From a virus (lineage: Duplodnaviria > Heunggongvirae > Uroviricota > Caudoviricetes): a stretch of DNA of 64,000 nt. Numbering within the stretch: position 1 is the first letter of the stretch; each line of letters begins with the position of its first letter. Below the pieces are notes generated by a model. It was not told the origin of the DNA. It did not search any database and was given only the letters and a program-made list of their open reading frames with translations. The translations under genes and the position numbers were made by a program. Positions 19,119-28,478 of this stretch are shown here, in pieces. The stretch lies in IMG/VR virus record IMGVR_UViG_3300023297_000003. The stretch is one strand, 5' to 3'.

Positions 19119-19469
19119 TCATGGAAGCTCCCGAACAGTGTGATCCTCAAACAAAGAAGCCTGACGATCAACTTGAAAAAGTTGAGGATTGATCCCAGCT
19201 TCCCGAGCCATACGTCGAGCATCATCACGCATGAAAAGAGTTGCCTCCTTGGTCAAGCCCCTGAGAAACACAACCCGACCTGTGTCAGCCGCACACAAGG
19301 CAGCTAAAAGAGTTGTCGTGGTCCGACCCGTTTGCCTAACCGCCAACTCCTCCACACTATAGGACTTTCCTTTTCGCCAGTCCTGAGCAAAAGCCTTTTT
19401 ACGATATTCCTCTCTAGGAAGACACCCACACCGGATAGCCATTGCATCAATTTGCTGGTTAATGTTCAT
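19119..19469 (-). CDS. hypothetical protein (possible terminase/helicase-like Walker A fragment)
   Basis: VRQTGRTTTTL resembles RQxGKT; short, function unclear. Confidence 0.45.
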   Translation of the reverse strand: MNINQQIDAMAIRCGCLPREEYRKKAFAQDWRKGKSYSVEELAVRQTGRTTTTLLAALCAADTGRVVFLRGLTKEATLFMRDDARRMAREAGINPQLFQVDRQASLFEDHTVRELP

Positions 19470-19537
19470 TTGTGATCCCCTATACCACTACGAAGATTAC
19501 TAACTCAAAACTGAGACCCCCACAAACCACAGCATGA

Positions 19538-20053
19538 TCACACCTCCGTCTCCTTGAAGTACAACGGATGCCAATCCAGTGCCTCCATACAGAGTGGACA
19601 GTCCTCATCCCCAGACTTCCAACCCTTCTCCTCCAAAGCCTCACCACGCAAGCCACAGGCCGAACACTCACCCTCGACCTCCAGCAGGATTGGAGGCCAA
19701 CCCTTCTTCGGACCATCAGCCAACGGTTCCAGCAGTCCTACCAAGATGCCCAGCATCCCCACAGCGTAGGAACTGACACCCGTAATGAGCTTCCCCTCCT
19801 GGTAAGCAACCTGACACCTCGGGTGCCTTGCCAGAGCCTTATTGCACGGCACACGATGCTCAATGAGAGCCCCCATCGCTACAGGGTCCGCATCCAGCAA
19901 ACTGTTCAGGTACCCAAGAGCCTTCGCTACATCACTCATCGCCCACCCCCGTTTGAAGACTCTGGCGTCTCCTCGAATTTTGCTCCCGCAAACGTTCGAG
20001 ATAGCCCCTGTAGATCTTCGTTTGGAAAGCAAGCCAGATGAAAAGATCTCCAC
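19538..20053 (-). CDS. hypothetical protein with C-terminal Zn motif (true start probably MSDVAK)
   Basis: LNSLLDADPVAMGALIEHRVPCN...; CSAC...CPLC. Confidence 0.55.
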   Translation of the reverse strand: MEIFSSGLLSKRRSTGAISNVCGSKIRGDARVFKRGWAMSDVAKALGYLNSLLDADPVAMGALIEHRVPCNKALARHPRCQVAYQEGKLITGVSSYAVGMLGILVGLLEPLADGPKKGWPPILLEVEGECSACGLRGEALEEKGWKSGDEDCPLCMEALDWHPLYFKETEV

Positions 20054-20402
20054 GAAGAGATAAATGCTCCTCCCCCAGAAGATCCGTCAATTCGACTGCT
20101 ATTGCTTCGCACGTCTCAGGTTTGAGTTGCTCGGTAAACTTTGTGGCAAAGTCCACAACATCATGGGGCTCTCCCCACGGATCAGTCGGAATCAACCACC
20201 GGACGCATGCCCGAGCTACACGTTCCAACTCGTCTTCATGTCCCAGGTATGCAGCCCGTATCTCAGAAGACGGATCAACCTCAAGCATCCCAGCCACGAC
20301 ATCAGTAGGACCGTTGCGTTGAAGGCAACGAAGTTTGATGCCCCTTGTTACAGCACGCTGGTACCTCAGCTTTTGCTCTTTCCTTCCTGTAGACATAAGC
20401 AC
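19932..20402 (-). CDS. hypothetical protein
   Basis: 156-aa ORF with GGGTAGAGT element upstream. Confidence 0.55.
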   Translation of the reverse strand: MLMSTGRKEQKLRYQRAVTRGIKLRCLQRNGPTDVVAGMLEVDPSSEIRAAYLGHEDELERVARACVRWLIPTDPWGEPHDVVDFATKFTEQLKPETCEAIAVELTDLLGEEHLSLRGDLFIWLAFQTKIYRGYLERLREQNSRRRQSLQTGVGDE

Positions 20403-20477
20403 CCCCCCCTTGGATCACTCTACCCCGAACGCCCCCTGTACGTGACACCCCACGTAGTTAAAAGCACAGGAGGCCCA

Positions 20478-20696
20478 ATGTCCAACTACGACCCATTCTC
20501 CCCAGTGTCCATCACCCAACACATGATCCAGAACCAGATACCACTCTTCACTATGATGCAGGAGCTACGGGCAGTGTGCGGCTGGGACGAGTACCAGGGG
20601 AACGAAGACCGCCCCTATGACGCTACCCCGATGCTTATGGTAGGCATACTCCGCCGTAGGCTAAAGGACGCCGGAGAGGCTACCCTGCTGCGCTGA
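20478..20696 (+). CDS. hypothetical protein
   Basis: MSNYDPF... behind AGGAGG. Confidence 0.55.
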   Translation: MSNYDPFSPVSITQHMIQNQIPLFTMMQELRAVCGWDEYQGNEDRPYDATPMLMVGILRRRLKDAGEATLLR

Positions 20697-20744
20697 GACG
20701 GTAGATCCCCTGTAGACCCCGCTCCTCTGACAGGAGAGACCACG

Positions 20745-20780
20745 ATGAAGCTTATGACAGCGAAGGAGAACACAGCATGA
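20745..20780 (+). CDS. 11-aa minigene MKLMTAKENTA
   Basis: AGGAGAG RBS; ATGA-coupled to 20777; duplicates the ATGAAGCTTATG leader of the next gene. Confidence 0.4.
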   Translation: MKLMTAKENTA

Positions 20781-21169
20781 AGCTTATGTCAACCAAGGAA
20801 GTCCGACTCAAAACCGCCAGCATCCAAGGCCACGTTTTTGGAAAGGTCAAGGAACGCCCCCAGGGCGGAATGACCGTCGAGTTGGAACTCATGGCCGACA
20901 CCGAGATGCTGAAAACGGTGGATGACGTTCAGGCCATCATCCTAAGACACCAGCAGTTGGTCGGCCCCAAGTTCAACCTTCTCGTCCAGTTGCCCGGCAG
21001 ATGGGTAAACCATCCCAAGTCCCTGGATCTCGTAGCAACCACGGGAAGGGGCCTCAAGGTCTGGAGTACGTTCCTGCTCAGTACTGCCGAACAGGTGGAC
21101 ACCGAACAGGTACTAGCGACCATCGCAGCCTATGCGAAAAAGCATAAGGCTGCTTTCTACGCATCCTAG
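20777..21169 (+). CDS. MKL-leader family protein
   Basis: MKLMSTKEVRLKTAS N-terminus. Confidence 0.65.
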   Translation: MKLMSTKEVRLKTASIQGHVFGKVKERPQGGMTVELELMADTEMLKTVDDVQAIILRHQQLVGPKFNLLVQLPGRWVNHPKSLDLVATTGRGLKVWSTFLLSTAEQVDTEQVLATIAAYAKKHKAAFYAS

Positions 21170-21370
21170 ACCCCCGTTTCAATCTCAGCCTCTCAAAAAA
21201 ACCCCAGACCCTTTGGCAGATCTTCAGATCCCAGATTGCTTTTGGATCGTCATGTGCAGATGCAGGGACTACGAAGAGAGCAGCCCTGAACCGTAGCCCA
21301 GGGCTCCGCATGGACGTATCCACACGGGTGGAAGCCATAGGATAGGGACGGAAGACCGTAACGTCAAGGT

Positions 21371-21922
21371 TTAGTAGGCCCACCCCATGTCAAACAGGTA
21401 CTTGAACCGTACAGAGCTACGACTGATCAGGCTTTCCCAGTGTCTACAAAGACTCTGTAATGTCTCCGGATGCACGTCCCGCAGGACCAGCGGGTATTCC
21501 AAACGAGCGATAACCCACTCATCCTCCTGACTAATGACAGCCGTAGAAGGATCTGGAACTTCAAGGGACAGCACCCTGGGGCTGTGAACGATGACAGGGA
21601 CTACAGAACGATGGGAACTAGGGAATTCCCTTCTACACCGCTCTCGGGTCTCATCCGTGAGTTTGGTTTGGTAGAGACTGACCACAAGCTCTAACGAAGC
21701 CTTTCCTCTCATGTCCAAAGCCTTGAGGATGAGGCTTCTTCGAAATTCCTCCCGAGGAGCCTTTTCGTCAGGAGGATTTGTTTCTATCTCCTCCGCAATC
21801 ATCTCATCAAAGGCTTGGTCGTCATCCGAAGTCTGTTCCTGAAGCAGTTTGAAGAAGGCTGCGGCTTCCTCTACCCCGTCAAACTGTAGTTCTCCCGCAG
21901 TCCCGTTCTGCAACCTAATCAT
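21371..21922 (-). CDS. hypothetical protein
   Basis: MIRLQNG... behind AGGAGG. Confidence 0.55.
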   Translation of the reverse strand: MIRLQNGTAGELQFDGVEEAAAFFKLLQEQTSDDDQAFDEMIAEEIETNPPDEKAPREEFRRSLILKALDMRGKASLELVVSLYQTKLTDETRERCRREFPSSHRSVVPVIVHSPRVLSLEVPDPSTAVISQEDEWVIARLEYPLVLRDVHPETLQSLCRHWESLISRSSVRFKYLFDMGWAY

Positions 21923-22310
21923 TTTGTTCCTCCTACCCTCACCAATGTCGTCTCTGATCACCATACCGCCGTAGTGGAGACAGGACAGGTTGGACACCAG
22001 GGTTCCAGCCTGTACGGGGGTACTGGAGCTAGGGAGAGGGCCTACGGTGCAGGGAAGCCGTAGCGTTGACTGTAAGCCCCGCAAAGGGGGATGGCATAGG
22101 GATAACGGATAGGGTTAGGAAACGGCTACGTGGGGCCATAGCGGGCGTCAGGGAGGGTTTCAGGGGTTGTACCCTATCCTGGAAGGGGGATTCAAAGTAG
22201 GCGTTTCAAAATCAATACAGGTCCAATACGCCTTTTTGGGACTCCAGATCACTTAGGCGCAGTTTTCCAGTCGGTTTCGCTTGACTTTGGGGTTGGGAGC
22301 GGAATGGGGG

Positions 22311-22330
22311 CTAACTCGACATCGAGTTAG
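22311..22330. repeat. perfect 9-bp inverted repeat CTAACTCGA-CA-TCGAGTTAG in an intergenic region
   Basis: read directly from sequence. Confidence 0.8.
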
Positions 22331-22723
22331 TGGTTAGAGACGACAGAGAGACGAAACTGGGGGAGACGAGGGAGAGAGTTTTACACAACAGACAGAGGAG
22401 AAGGACAAAGGTGAGGGAGACAGGGGGTGAGTGGAAAGACAGGGGAGGGGTGAGTAGACAGGAGCGAGTGGGGAGGACTCATGGGTCGTGGGTGTGTCGT
22501 TTCCTGAGTCCTCTCACATGACGGGCGGAGGAGGACACGAGGAGAGATGTCCCGGTGTCTTCCTCAGCCTGTCGTGTCTGGTGTGTGGGGGACGGGGGCA
22601 TCACTAAGACTTTGTGGTTGGGGTGTCTCTTCGTGTCGTGCGTCACGGTCCCACAGGGGAGGGTGGGGAGAACTCTCTGTCTCTGCTTATCGTGTGGCCA
22701 GGACAGCCATCCCAATGGGTGGC

Positions 22724-23053
22724 TCAGTCGGTGAGCATCTGTTCGTAGTCGGTTGCTGTGAGCAGTGCTGCTCTTCGGCTGCTGGGGATGGTGTTTTGTT
22801 TGACGACCTTTATGATGTCGTGGGGGTCCACCTTCGTCTTTGTGACGTAGACGAGATCATCCAGGAGGTCATCCATCTTCACTGAGATCCCCTCGTCCTT
22901 CACGTACTTCTGGACGAGGGATTTGATGAGCGCTGGTTTGTGCAGCCTGTCGAGTACTCTCTGCATCTCTGCGGCGAGTGCTTTGGCATCCTGAAGGGGG
23001 TTGGCTCTTCCTGCGTTGTGGCTCATTGTGGTCTCCTGTGCTTGTCGTTTCAT
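22724..23053 (-). CDS. LLTAxDY family protein (C-terminal motif); paralog of the 23950..24750 C-domain
   Basis: ISVKMDDLLDDLVYVTKTKVDP...TIPSSRRAALLTATDYEQMLTD. Confidence 0.75.
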   Translation of the reverse strand: MKRQAQETTMSHNAGRANPLQDAKALAAEMQRVLDRLHKPALIKSLVQKYVKDEGISVKMDDLLDDLVYVTKTKVDPHDIIKVVKQNTIPSSRRAALLTATDYEQMLTD

Positions 23054-23592
23054 TTGGATTGCGTCTGGGTCAGGTTATTTTGCATCATCCATCGATAGAG
23101 ACGGACGCTGATGTCGTTGGCTGTGAGGGAGGTGTTGTAGTCGATGTTCAGTGGGAGGGGTTTGAGGGTGACGTTGCTCAGTCGTGACTTAGGTTGGATC
23201 TCCAACTCGATTTGGTTCTTGGTGAAATTGGCTTTCATGACCAGCATGACATCTACAACGATTTCGTCGTCTCTGACTTTGAAGAGCAGGTTGGTCTTGG
23301 CCTTCACAGTGCCGCCGAAGGGGCCGAATGGTTTGGCTAGTTGTGTGGCCAGGGACCGGACAAACCGGAAGGCTGTGGCTATCCAGAGATCTTCCCAGAA
23401 GTAGCTTGCTCCGGCTGTCAGGGTATGTTCGTAGTCGGATGCTGTGAGTAGCTTCATCTCAGTCTCCGGGGTTGTCTGATGGTTGTAGTTTCCCATACGG
23501 AGCTTCTCCAAGTCTTCGGGGTCTAAGGGGATCCGTTTTCTCGGTAGTTTGTCAAAGGGTTTCACAGTCCTGACCTCGTTTTCAGATCCCAA
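23050..23592 (-). CDS. LLTAxDY family protein (likely start ATG 23457, MKLLTASDYEHTL)
   Basis: GGAG RBS before 23457. Confidence 0.65.
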   Translation of the reverse strand: MGSENEVRTVKPFDKLPRKRIPLDPEDLEKLRMGNYNHQTTPETEMKLLTASDYEHTLTAGASYFWEDLWIATAFRFVRSLATQLAKPFGPFGGTVKAKTNLLFKVRDDEIVVDVMLVMKANFTKNQIELEIQPKSRLSNVTLKPLPLNIDYNTSLTANDISVRLYRWMMQNNLTQTQSK

Positions 23593-23942
23593 GGTCCCCA
23601 GTGTCCATGTCTGAGGATGTTCTTCTGGGCTTGCCTCCAGGTATAGACCTTGAGGTTGTGGATCTCAGCTATCTGTCCCAGGGCGTAGTAGACGGCCTTG
23701 GGCATCACGATATGTCTTCCATTGGACAGATCGATAACATTGTTCCCGTCCTCATCCCAGGCGTGTCCGAAGGTTTTCCCTTCTAGTGGTCCCTGCCCGG
23801 CGACTTCCCCATGTACAAGTCTGATGCCGTGGTCACGTCTTCCGGACCCCATGATGTATTTGCCAGCAGCTTCGTAGCAGTTGCCCAGTGCTGAGGTTTT
23901 ATCCAGCGCTGCTTTGTAGTCTGCTGTGGTTAGGAGTCTCAT
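23562..23942 (-). CDS. LLTxxDY-leader protein with transglutaminase/papain-like Cys-His-Asp signature
   Basis: MRLLTTADYK leader; GNCYEAA...FGHAWDE...VIDLS. Confidence 0.55.
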   Translation of the reverse strand: MRLLTTADYKAALDKTSALGNCYEAAGKYIMGSGRRDHGIRLVHGEVAGQGPLEGKTFGHAWDEDGNNVIDLSNGRHIVMPKAVYYALGQIAEIHNLKVYTWRQAQKNILRHGHWGPWDLKTRSGL

Positions 23943-23949
23943 CGGTGTC

Positions 23950-24750
23950 TTAGTCTCCGTCCGTGAGCATGTTCTCGTAGTCGGATGCTGTCAGGAGTGT
24001 GGCGTGTCTTCCGCTGCTGGGGATGGTGTGCTGGTTGACCAGTCTCATGATTTGACGGGGGTCGACTTTGACCCTGGTGGCGACGTAGATGATGTCTTCC
24101 AGGATGTCATCCAGCTTCACTGAGATCCCGGCCCTTTTCACGTACCTCTCCATGAGGTCCTTGATGCTGCGTGGTTTGAGTATGGAGCTGAGTTGCCCCT
24201 GGATGTTTGCTGCGAGCTGATTAGCGTCCTGGAGAGTGATGGCTGATGCTGTCTGACTCATTGGTGTCTCCTGGGTCGCTACCCTGATGGGCACGTCGAA
24301 GAAACTAAGGGAGGGTCCGTTTTTGATCCTGATTCCCTTCCTTTTTGCCTCAGCTAGAAACTTCCGCACATTGGCCAGGTTGTTGCCCCCTTGGAACAAC
24401 AGGACAACGGCCCGCCCGGACATGAACGGATGAGCGTCGTGCTGGGACTCCAGTTCCTCTCTCACAAAGTAGCTCAGATCCTCGGGGTACTCTACAGTTA
24501 GCGCTATGTCAACCCCCGTACTGTATACGGGCCATCCCAGTTTCTTAGCGGCCTCCAGGAAGGCTGTTCCTTTCGCTCCATCTCGTTCACTAAACAACAC
24601 TACCGTGTCCCTGCGACCCCTCTCAACTCTGCCGTGGAACTTGGAGGCCAGCTTCCGAACATCCGTGGACGAGGGGCCGTCCCCAACGACAATGAAATGG
24701 TCTACCCTACCTGCTTGTTTCGTTGCTGTAACGACAAGAGTGTTTGACAT
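23950..24750 (-). CDS. LLTAxDY family protein (C-terminal motif)
   Basis: C-terminal ~95 aa homologous to 22724..23053, ends LLTASDYENMLTDGD. Confidence 0.75.
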   Translation of the reverse strand: MSNTLVVTATKQAGRVDHFIVVGDGPSSTDVRKLASKFHGRVERGRRDTVVLFSERDGAKGTAFLEAAKKLGWPVYSTGVDIALTVEYPEDLSYFVREELESQHDAHPFMSGRAVVLLFQGGNNLANVRKFLAEAKRKGIRIKNGPSLSFFDVPIRVATQETPMSQTASAITLQDANQLAANIQGQLSSILKPRSIKDLMERYVKRAGISVKLDDILEDIIYVATRVKVDPRQIMRLVNQHTIPSSGRHATLLTASDYENMLTDGD

Positions 24751-24815
24751 GGGTGCCTCCTACCCCTTCAGGATTTATTAGGAGATCACCGTGCCAAGCG
24801 GGAGGGGTGTACTGG

Positions 24816-25043
24816 TTATTTGGCTTTGGAGGCTTTGATAAGTTCCTTGTCAATGGCCAGCACGAGGCTTCGGACTGACCGATCTGCTTTGCCTTCAAGA
24901 AACTTCTTAGGTTCGTCTACGCCTAGTGTCTTGCAGGCGTCCAACAGAACTTTACGCACTGCCTTGTCCGCTTTCATCAGGTAAGGGGAGTAGGCTCCCT
25001 TTTTGGAAGTGTCTTCGTATTCGGCTGCTATCATAAGTTTCAT
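24816..25043 (-). CDS. MKL-leader family protein
   Basis: MKLMIAAEYEDTSKKGA; AGGAGGAG RBS. Confidence 0.65.
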   Translation of the reverse strand: MKLMIAAEYEDTSKKGAYSPYLMKADKAVRKVLLDACKTLGVDEPKKFLEGKADRSVRSLVLAIDKELIKASKAK

Positions 25044-25082
25044 GGGCTCCTCCTGCTACTCTTTGGGGGGGTTATTGGAGGA

Positions 25083-25568
25083 TCACCGTACAGACGGGGC
25101 TACGTTTTCTTCTTCCATCCAGGTCTGAAGGGTTCGGACCACGGCGTCTGCTATTTTACTGGGTGTTGCCACAGCGCTAGAGCTTTTCCCAATCAAAGAG
25201 AAGGTGATCAGGGATCGGGTGTTGGCCCCTTTGCTGAGGACGTCAACTCCAAGGATCTGTCCTGGCCATCCGATGGTAAAACGTACTTGGGTTTTGTGTG
25301 GCCTACGCATGACTTCACTGACGTCTGTACGGGTCACAAATGTTTCAAGACTCAAGTTTGACTGATTTATAGCAAAACCCAGTCGTTTCAGCCTTGCCAC
25401 CACCTGGGGTAAGATCGTAGCCAACACCCAATTGTTAGTCGCTTGTTGCCAGACGTCCACCCAGCGCTCCCCAGAGGCTGTTCTGAGCAGGGGGGCCAGG
25501 TGTGTCCTGTATTGGGGGTGTGTTGTCGCCAGGTTGGTCAAACCTGCAAGCAGTCTTTTGTTTGTCAT
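25083..25568 (-). CDS. hypothetical protein with LAxxHPxYRxHLxPLLR motif
   Basis: LTNLATTHPQYRTHLAPLLRTAS, similar to the C-terminus of 495..1538. Confidence 0.65.
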   Translation of the reverse strand: MTNKRLLAGLTNLATTHPQYRTHLAPLLRTASGERWVDVWQQATNNWVLATILPQVVARLKRLGFAINQSNLSLETFVTRTDVSEVMRRPHKTQVRFTIGWPGQILGVDVLSKGANTRSLITFSLIGKSSSAVATPSKIADAVVRTLQTWMEEENVAPSVR

Positions 25569-25664
25569 GGGTCTCCCCTTCCAGTCTACTACGAATAGGT
25601 TTATAGGCCCACTATCGTTACCTGGCGGGTACTCACAGCATCTAGGGGTGACCGCTGTGGCCCT

Positions 25665-26108
25665 CTAGCGAGGCGTGAGGACAGTGGAGACGACGATGCC
25701 ACGGGCGAAGAGGAGATCGAGTAGGACGAACGATGCCGTCAGCGTCTCCTTTGTCTGCAGCTTCGTCCAGCCTTCGGAAGTCAGGACTGCTGCGAGCATG
25801 TTCTCTCGGTGGTAGTAGTCGAGATGGTTCGTCAGTACGCTACGGAGACTGACGACAGCTTCAGTGATGCCTTTGCCTTGTCCCATTAGATTGAAGCAGC
25901 CGCATTTGGCGAGGATTTTATCGGGATCGGAGATGGAAGCCAACATTGTGGCTTCGGAGAATACCCTAATGATGTCACCGTCGAAGAGTAGCAAACCGTT
26001 GTCGTGGGTGTAGATCATGATGTCCTCCTCAGTGAACTGTCGCTTTCCTTCGTTACCCTTGTCAAGGTTACCCCGGTGACGCAGAGATGTTCGAGTCAGG
26101 GCACCCAC
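25665..26108 (-). CDS. hypothetical protein (likely start MIYTHDNG)
   Basis: GAGGAGG RBS before an internal Met. Confidence 0.5.
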   Translation of the reverse strand: MGALTRTSLRHRGNLDKGNEGKRQFTEEDIMIYTHDNGLLLFDGDIIRVFSEATMLASISDPDKILAKCGCFNLMGQGKGITEAVVSLRSVLTNHLDYYHRENMLAAVLTSEGWTKLQTKETLTASFVLLDLLFARGIVVSTVLTPR

Positions 26109-26149
26109 AGAATCTAGGGTGACCCACAGAATCTGAAATGCTTAGGGTT

Positions 26150-26575
26150 TTAGTGGGCGGGACTGGACATGACTTTGAGATGGTTCTTTCGTGCAAAAGT
26201 TTCCACAACGTTTGTGAGACCCGGATCGTTATCCCGAGTACGGAAGGTTGCTTCAACGAAACCCCCAAGATGGTTTCCACGTGCTGTTATGACGGGGACA
26301 CGAACCGCTGCAAAGTCCCAGCGCACCCCTTCCCTTTGCAACATTGCCAACAGTTGTGTTTTCAGTTTCTCCGTTATTTCATCCAGTCCATCCACCAGAT
26401 AACTGACACCACGCGTACTCATACTTGACCCGGCATCAACCTCAACGGTAACGGTTGCCGTTGTTTTTTCTCTGAGTGAGAAAACCTTTAGGTAGAGGCT
26501 CGCCCCATTGATCGACAGGTTGACACCGACACGATTAAGCATTCCCTTGTAGTCGTTTGCCGTCAGTAACTTCAT
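26150..26575 (-). CDS. LLTAxDY-leader protein
   Basis: MKLLTANDYKGMLNRV; GAGGAG RBS. Confidence 0.7.
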   Translation of the reverse strand: MKLLTANDYKGMLNRVGVNLSINGASLYLKVFSLREKTTATVTVEVDAGSSMSTRGVSYLVDGLDEITEKLKTQLLAMLQREGVRWDFAAVRVPVITARGNHLGGFVEATFRTRDNDPGLTNVVETFARKNHLKVMSSPAH

Positions 26576-26735
26576 AGGACTTTCTCCTCAGTTGTGCTGC
26601 TGCCTTGCAAGAACAGATCGTTAGTGAGTCCTTTTTGATGGGACATTCAAAGTCTCCCTAAGACCCAAACAGTGTCCTTGATAGGGAGATTATTGTCCGC
26701 TGTACCAGTAAGGTTTTAGGACAGGTGTTCAGGGT

Positions 26736-26963
26736 CTATTTCTTTGGGATGACAATTTCGGTGGGGAATGTTCCCTGGATCTGGCCGCAGTCGAGACAGT
26801 AGGAGAACCGGAGGTAGTCGCCGCCACCGATCCCTACGTTCTCAGGGACTTCGCCGTCCTCCCCCGTCACCTCAACGGTCACGTCAAGACTGAAGCTGCA
26901 CATATCGCTCGTTTTGCCAATGACGTCTGCAACTCGGCTACTCTTACAACGTTGACAAACCAT
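26736..26963 (-). CDS. small zinc-binding protein
   Basis: CQRC...CLDCG; GGAGG RBS; class A promoter upstream. Confidence 0.65.
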   Translation of the reverse strand: MVCQRCKSSRVADVIGKTSDMCSFSLDVTVEVTGEDGEVPENVGIGGGDYLRFSYCLDCGQIQGTFPTEIVIPKK

Positions 26964-27001
26964 CTGAGTCCTCCACGGGGATCATCCGTCCCTCACTTTA
27001 A

Positions 27002-27027
27002 CTACTCTGTGGGTGGCCAAGATGATC
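27002..27027 (-). promoter_or_regulatory. class A promoter GATCATC-N13-GAGTAG
   Basis: exact match upstream of 26963. Confidence 0.75.
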
Positions 27028-27243
27028 CCATAAGTGAGGTTTGGCACCCTGTAGGGATAGTTTTTTAGTCCTCGTGGTCGAGGGGGCTCGTCCCTAGTGT
27101 CTAGGCGGGTTCGTGCCCCCGGCCCGATACAGCGATCGTTTTCTTCATGAACACGACCGTGGTAGCACTTGCCAAACCGGGGGCAGGACGGAACGTTGCA
27201 CAGTCTATCTGGACCAGGATCTTCGTCGTAGTCTGGGCCATAC

Positions 27244-28029
27244 TCAAAAAACGGCATCACAGCCTCCATCGTAGCCCGGCGGCTCCTCTTTGTGGTGGAC
27301 CCCGTCAAGGATTTGCCCACCACCAAGTTTGCTCCCCAGCGTTTTGATCACAAAATGAGTCCCTGACATATGGCAGGCTTGCCTTATGGAGCGGAACCAA
27401 TCGAGATCACAGCCTCGGGCTTTTGCCCCGCCAAATTCTCCTGCACAGATAACCCACCTGATCCCCGACAATGGGGGATCCATGCGCCCAAGAATTGGAG
27501 CAAACGAAACATATTTCTCGGCAACATCAAAGCCCCTGAGGGTATCAATTCTGTCGAAGTATTCAGCGCTCTCGACGGAAACCCCAAATGCCCAGTTGTC
27601 GGGGATGGATGTTTGACGTTGTAGCGCCAATCGCATCCCCTCCACATGACGAGTCAGAAAATAATACTTGTGTTGTTGGTGCGCTCGGCAGGCGTCGAAA
27701 ACACGGTCAACATGACGCTCTATCCCAGGTTGGAATAAATCTGCATGTGTGCCGACATAAACTCGCTTCGGCTCTGGCTCCCGCAGTGCGTGGAGGGCCT
27801 CGAGGTTGAAGAAGCGATCGGTGCGACGGTATCGAACAGCGAAGCAATTGGCGCATCCCTCAGAAACGGCCTGACATCCTCCGACTGTATTGATGATCAT
27901 AAACGGTGCCCCCGACAAAACGGGGATGTCGTCTGCGTCTCCGAGTCGGTACGCTGTGGGCCATTTTGTCTCTCTCATCCCCCACTTCCTCACGCTGCCC
28001 ACCGGGCCGTTACAGCCCCCAAATCTCAT
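27244..28029 (-). CDS. DUF5131 / phage gp37-gp68-like protein (radical-SAM-like)
   Basis: GCQAVSEGCANCFA, ADLF, FLTR, FGVSVE, YVSFAPILG, WVICAGEFG..AR..DLDWFRSIRQAC. Confidence 0.8.
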   Translation of the reverse strand: MRFGGCNGPVGSVRKWGMRETKWPTAYRLGDADDIPVLSGAPFMIINTVGGCQAVSEGCANCFAVRYRRTDRFFNLEALHALREPEPKRVYVGTHADLFQPGIERHVDRVFDACRAHQQHKYYFLTRHVEGMRLALQRQTSIPDNWAFGVSVESAEYFDRIDTLRGFDVAEKYVSFAPILGRMDPPLSGIRWVICAGEFGGAKARGCDLDWFRSIRQACHMSGTHFVIKTLGSKLGGGQILDGVHHKEEPPGYDGGCDAVF

Positions 28030-28183
28030 CCTGTGTCACCGTCAAGGAAGTCTATGGGGTGGCCACACTTGGGGCAGCAGAGATTGGGGATCTTCAATGT
28101 GAACAGGTCATGGAGTCGACAAAGGTTGCAGTCGTCCTCGGTTTCGAGATCAATGTTATGGTCCTTCAGGAACTCTTTAACTT

Positions 28184-28378
28184 TCATAAGCTCTCCTGTG
28201 GTTCCGTTGAGGTGCCAAATCCCCGGACGTAGACGAGAGCTTTGTCGAATCCTCTCAGTTCAGCTTCCTGGTCCCTCTTAAACGCCTCGCTGGCTCTCCC
28301 TGCCGCTGGGGCCGCACAGTTCCCTATCATACGGAGTAACTCTCGTTTACTCTCCAGGTGCTGGATGAGATCCTTCAC
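28184..28378 (-). CDS. hypothetical protein
   Basis: 64-aa ORF with AAGGAG RBS. Confidence 0.5.
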   Translation of the reverse strand: MKDLIQHLESKRELLRMIGNCAAPAAGRASEAFKRDQEAELRGFDKALVYVRGFGTSTEPQESL

Positions 28379-28478
28379 TTTGACTCCTTTAGTTTAGAGT
28401 GTCCGCAGAACGGACAACTCCACCCGCCTGTCATTTGCTCCATCCATTGCCCGCAAACGGGACACATCCGTGCGTAGC

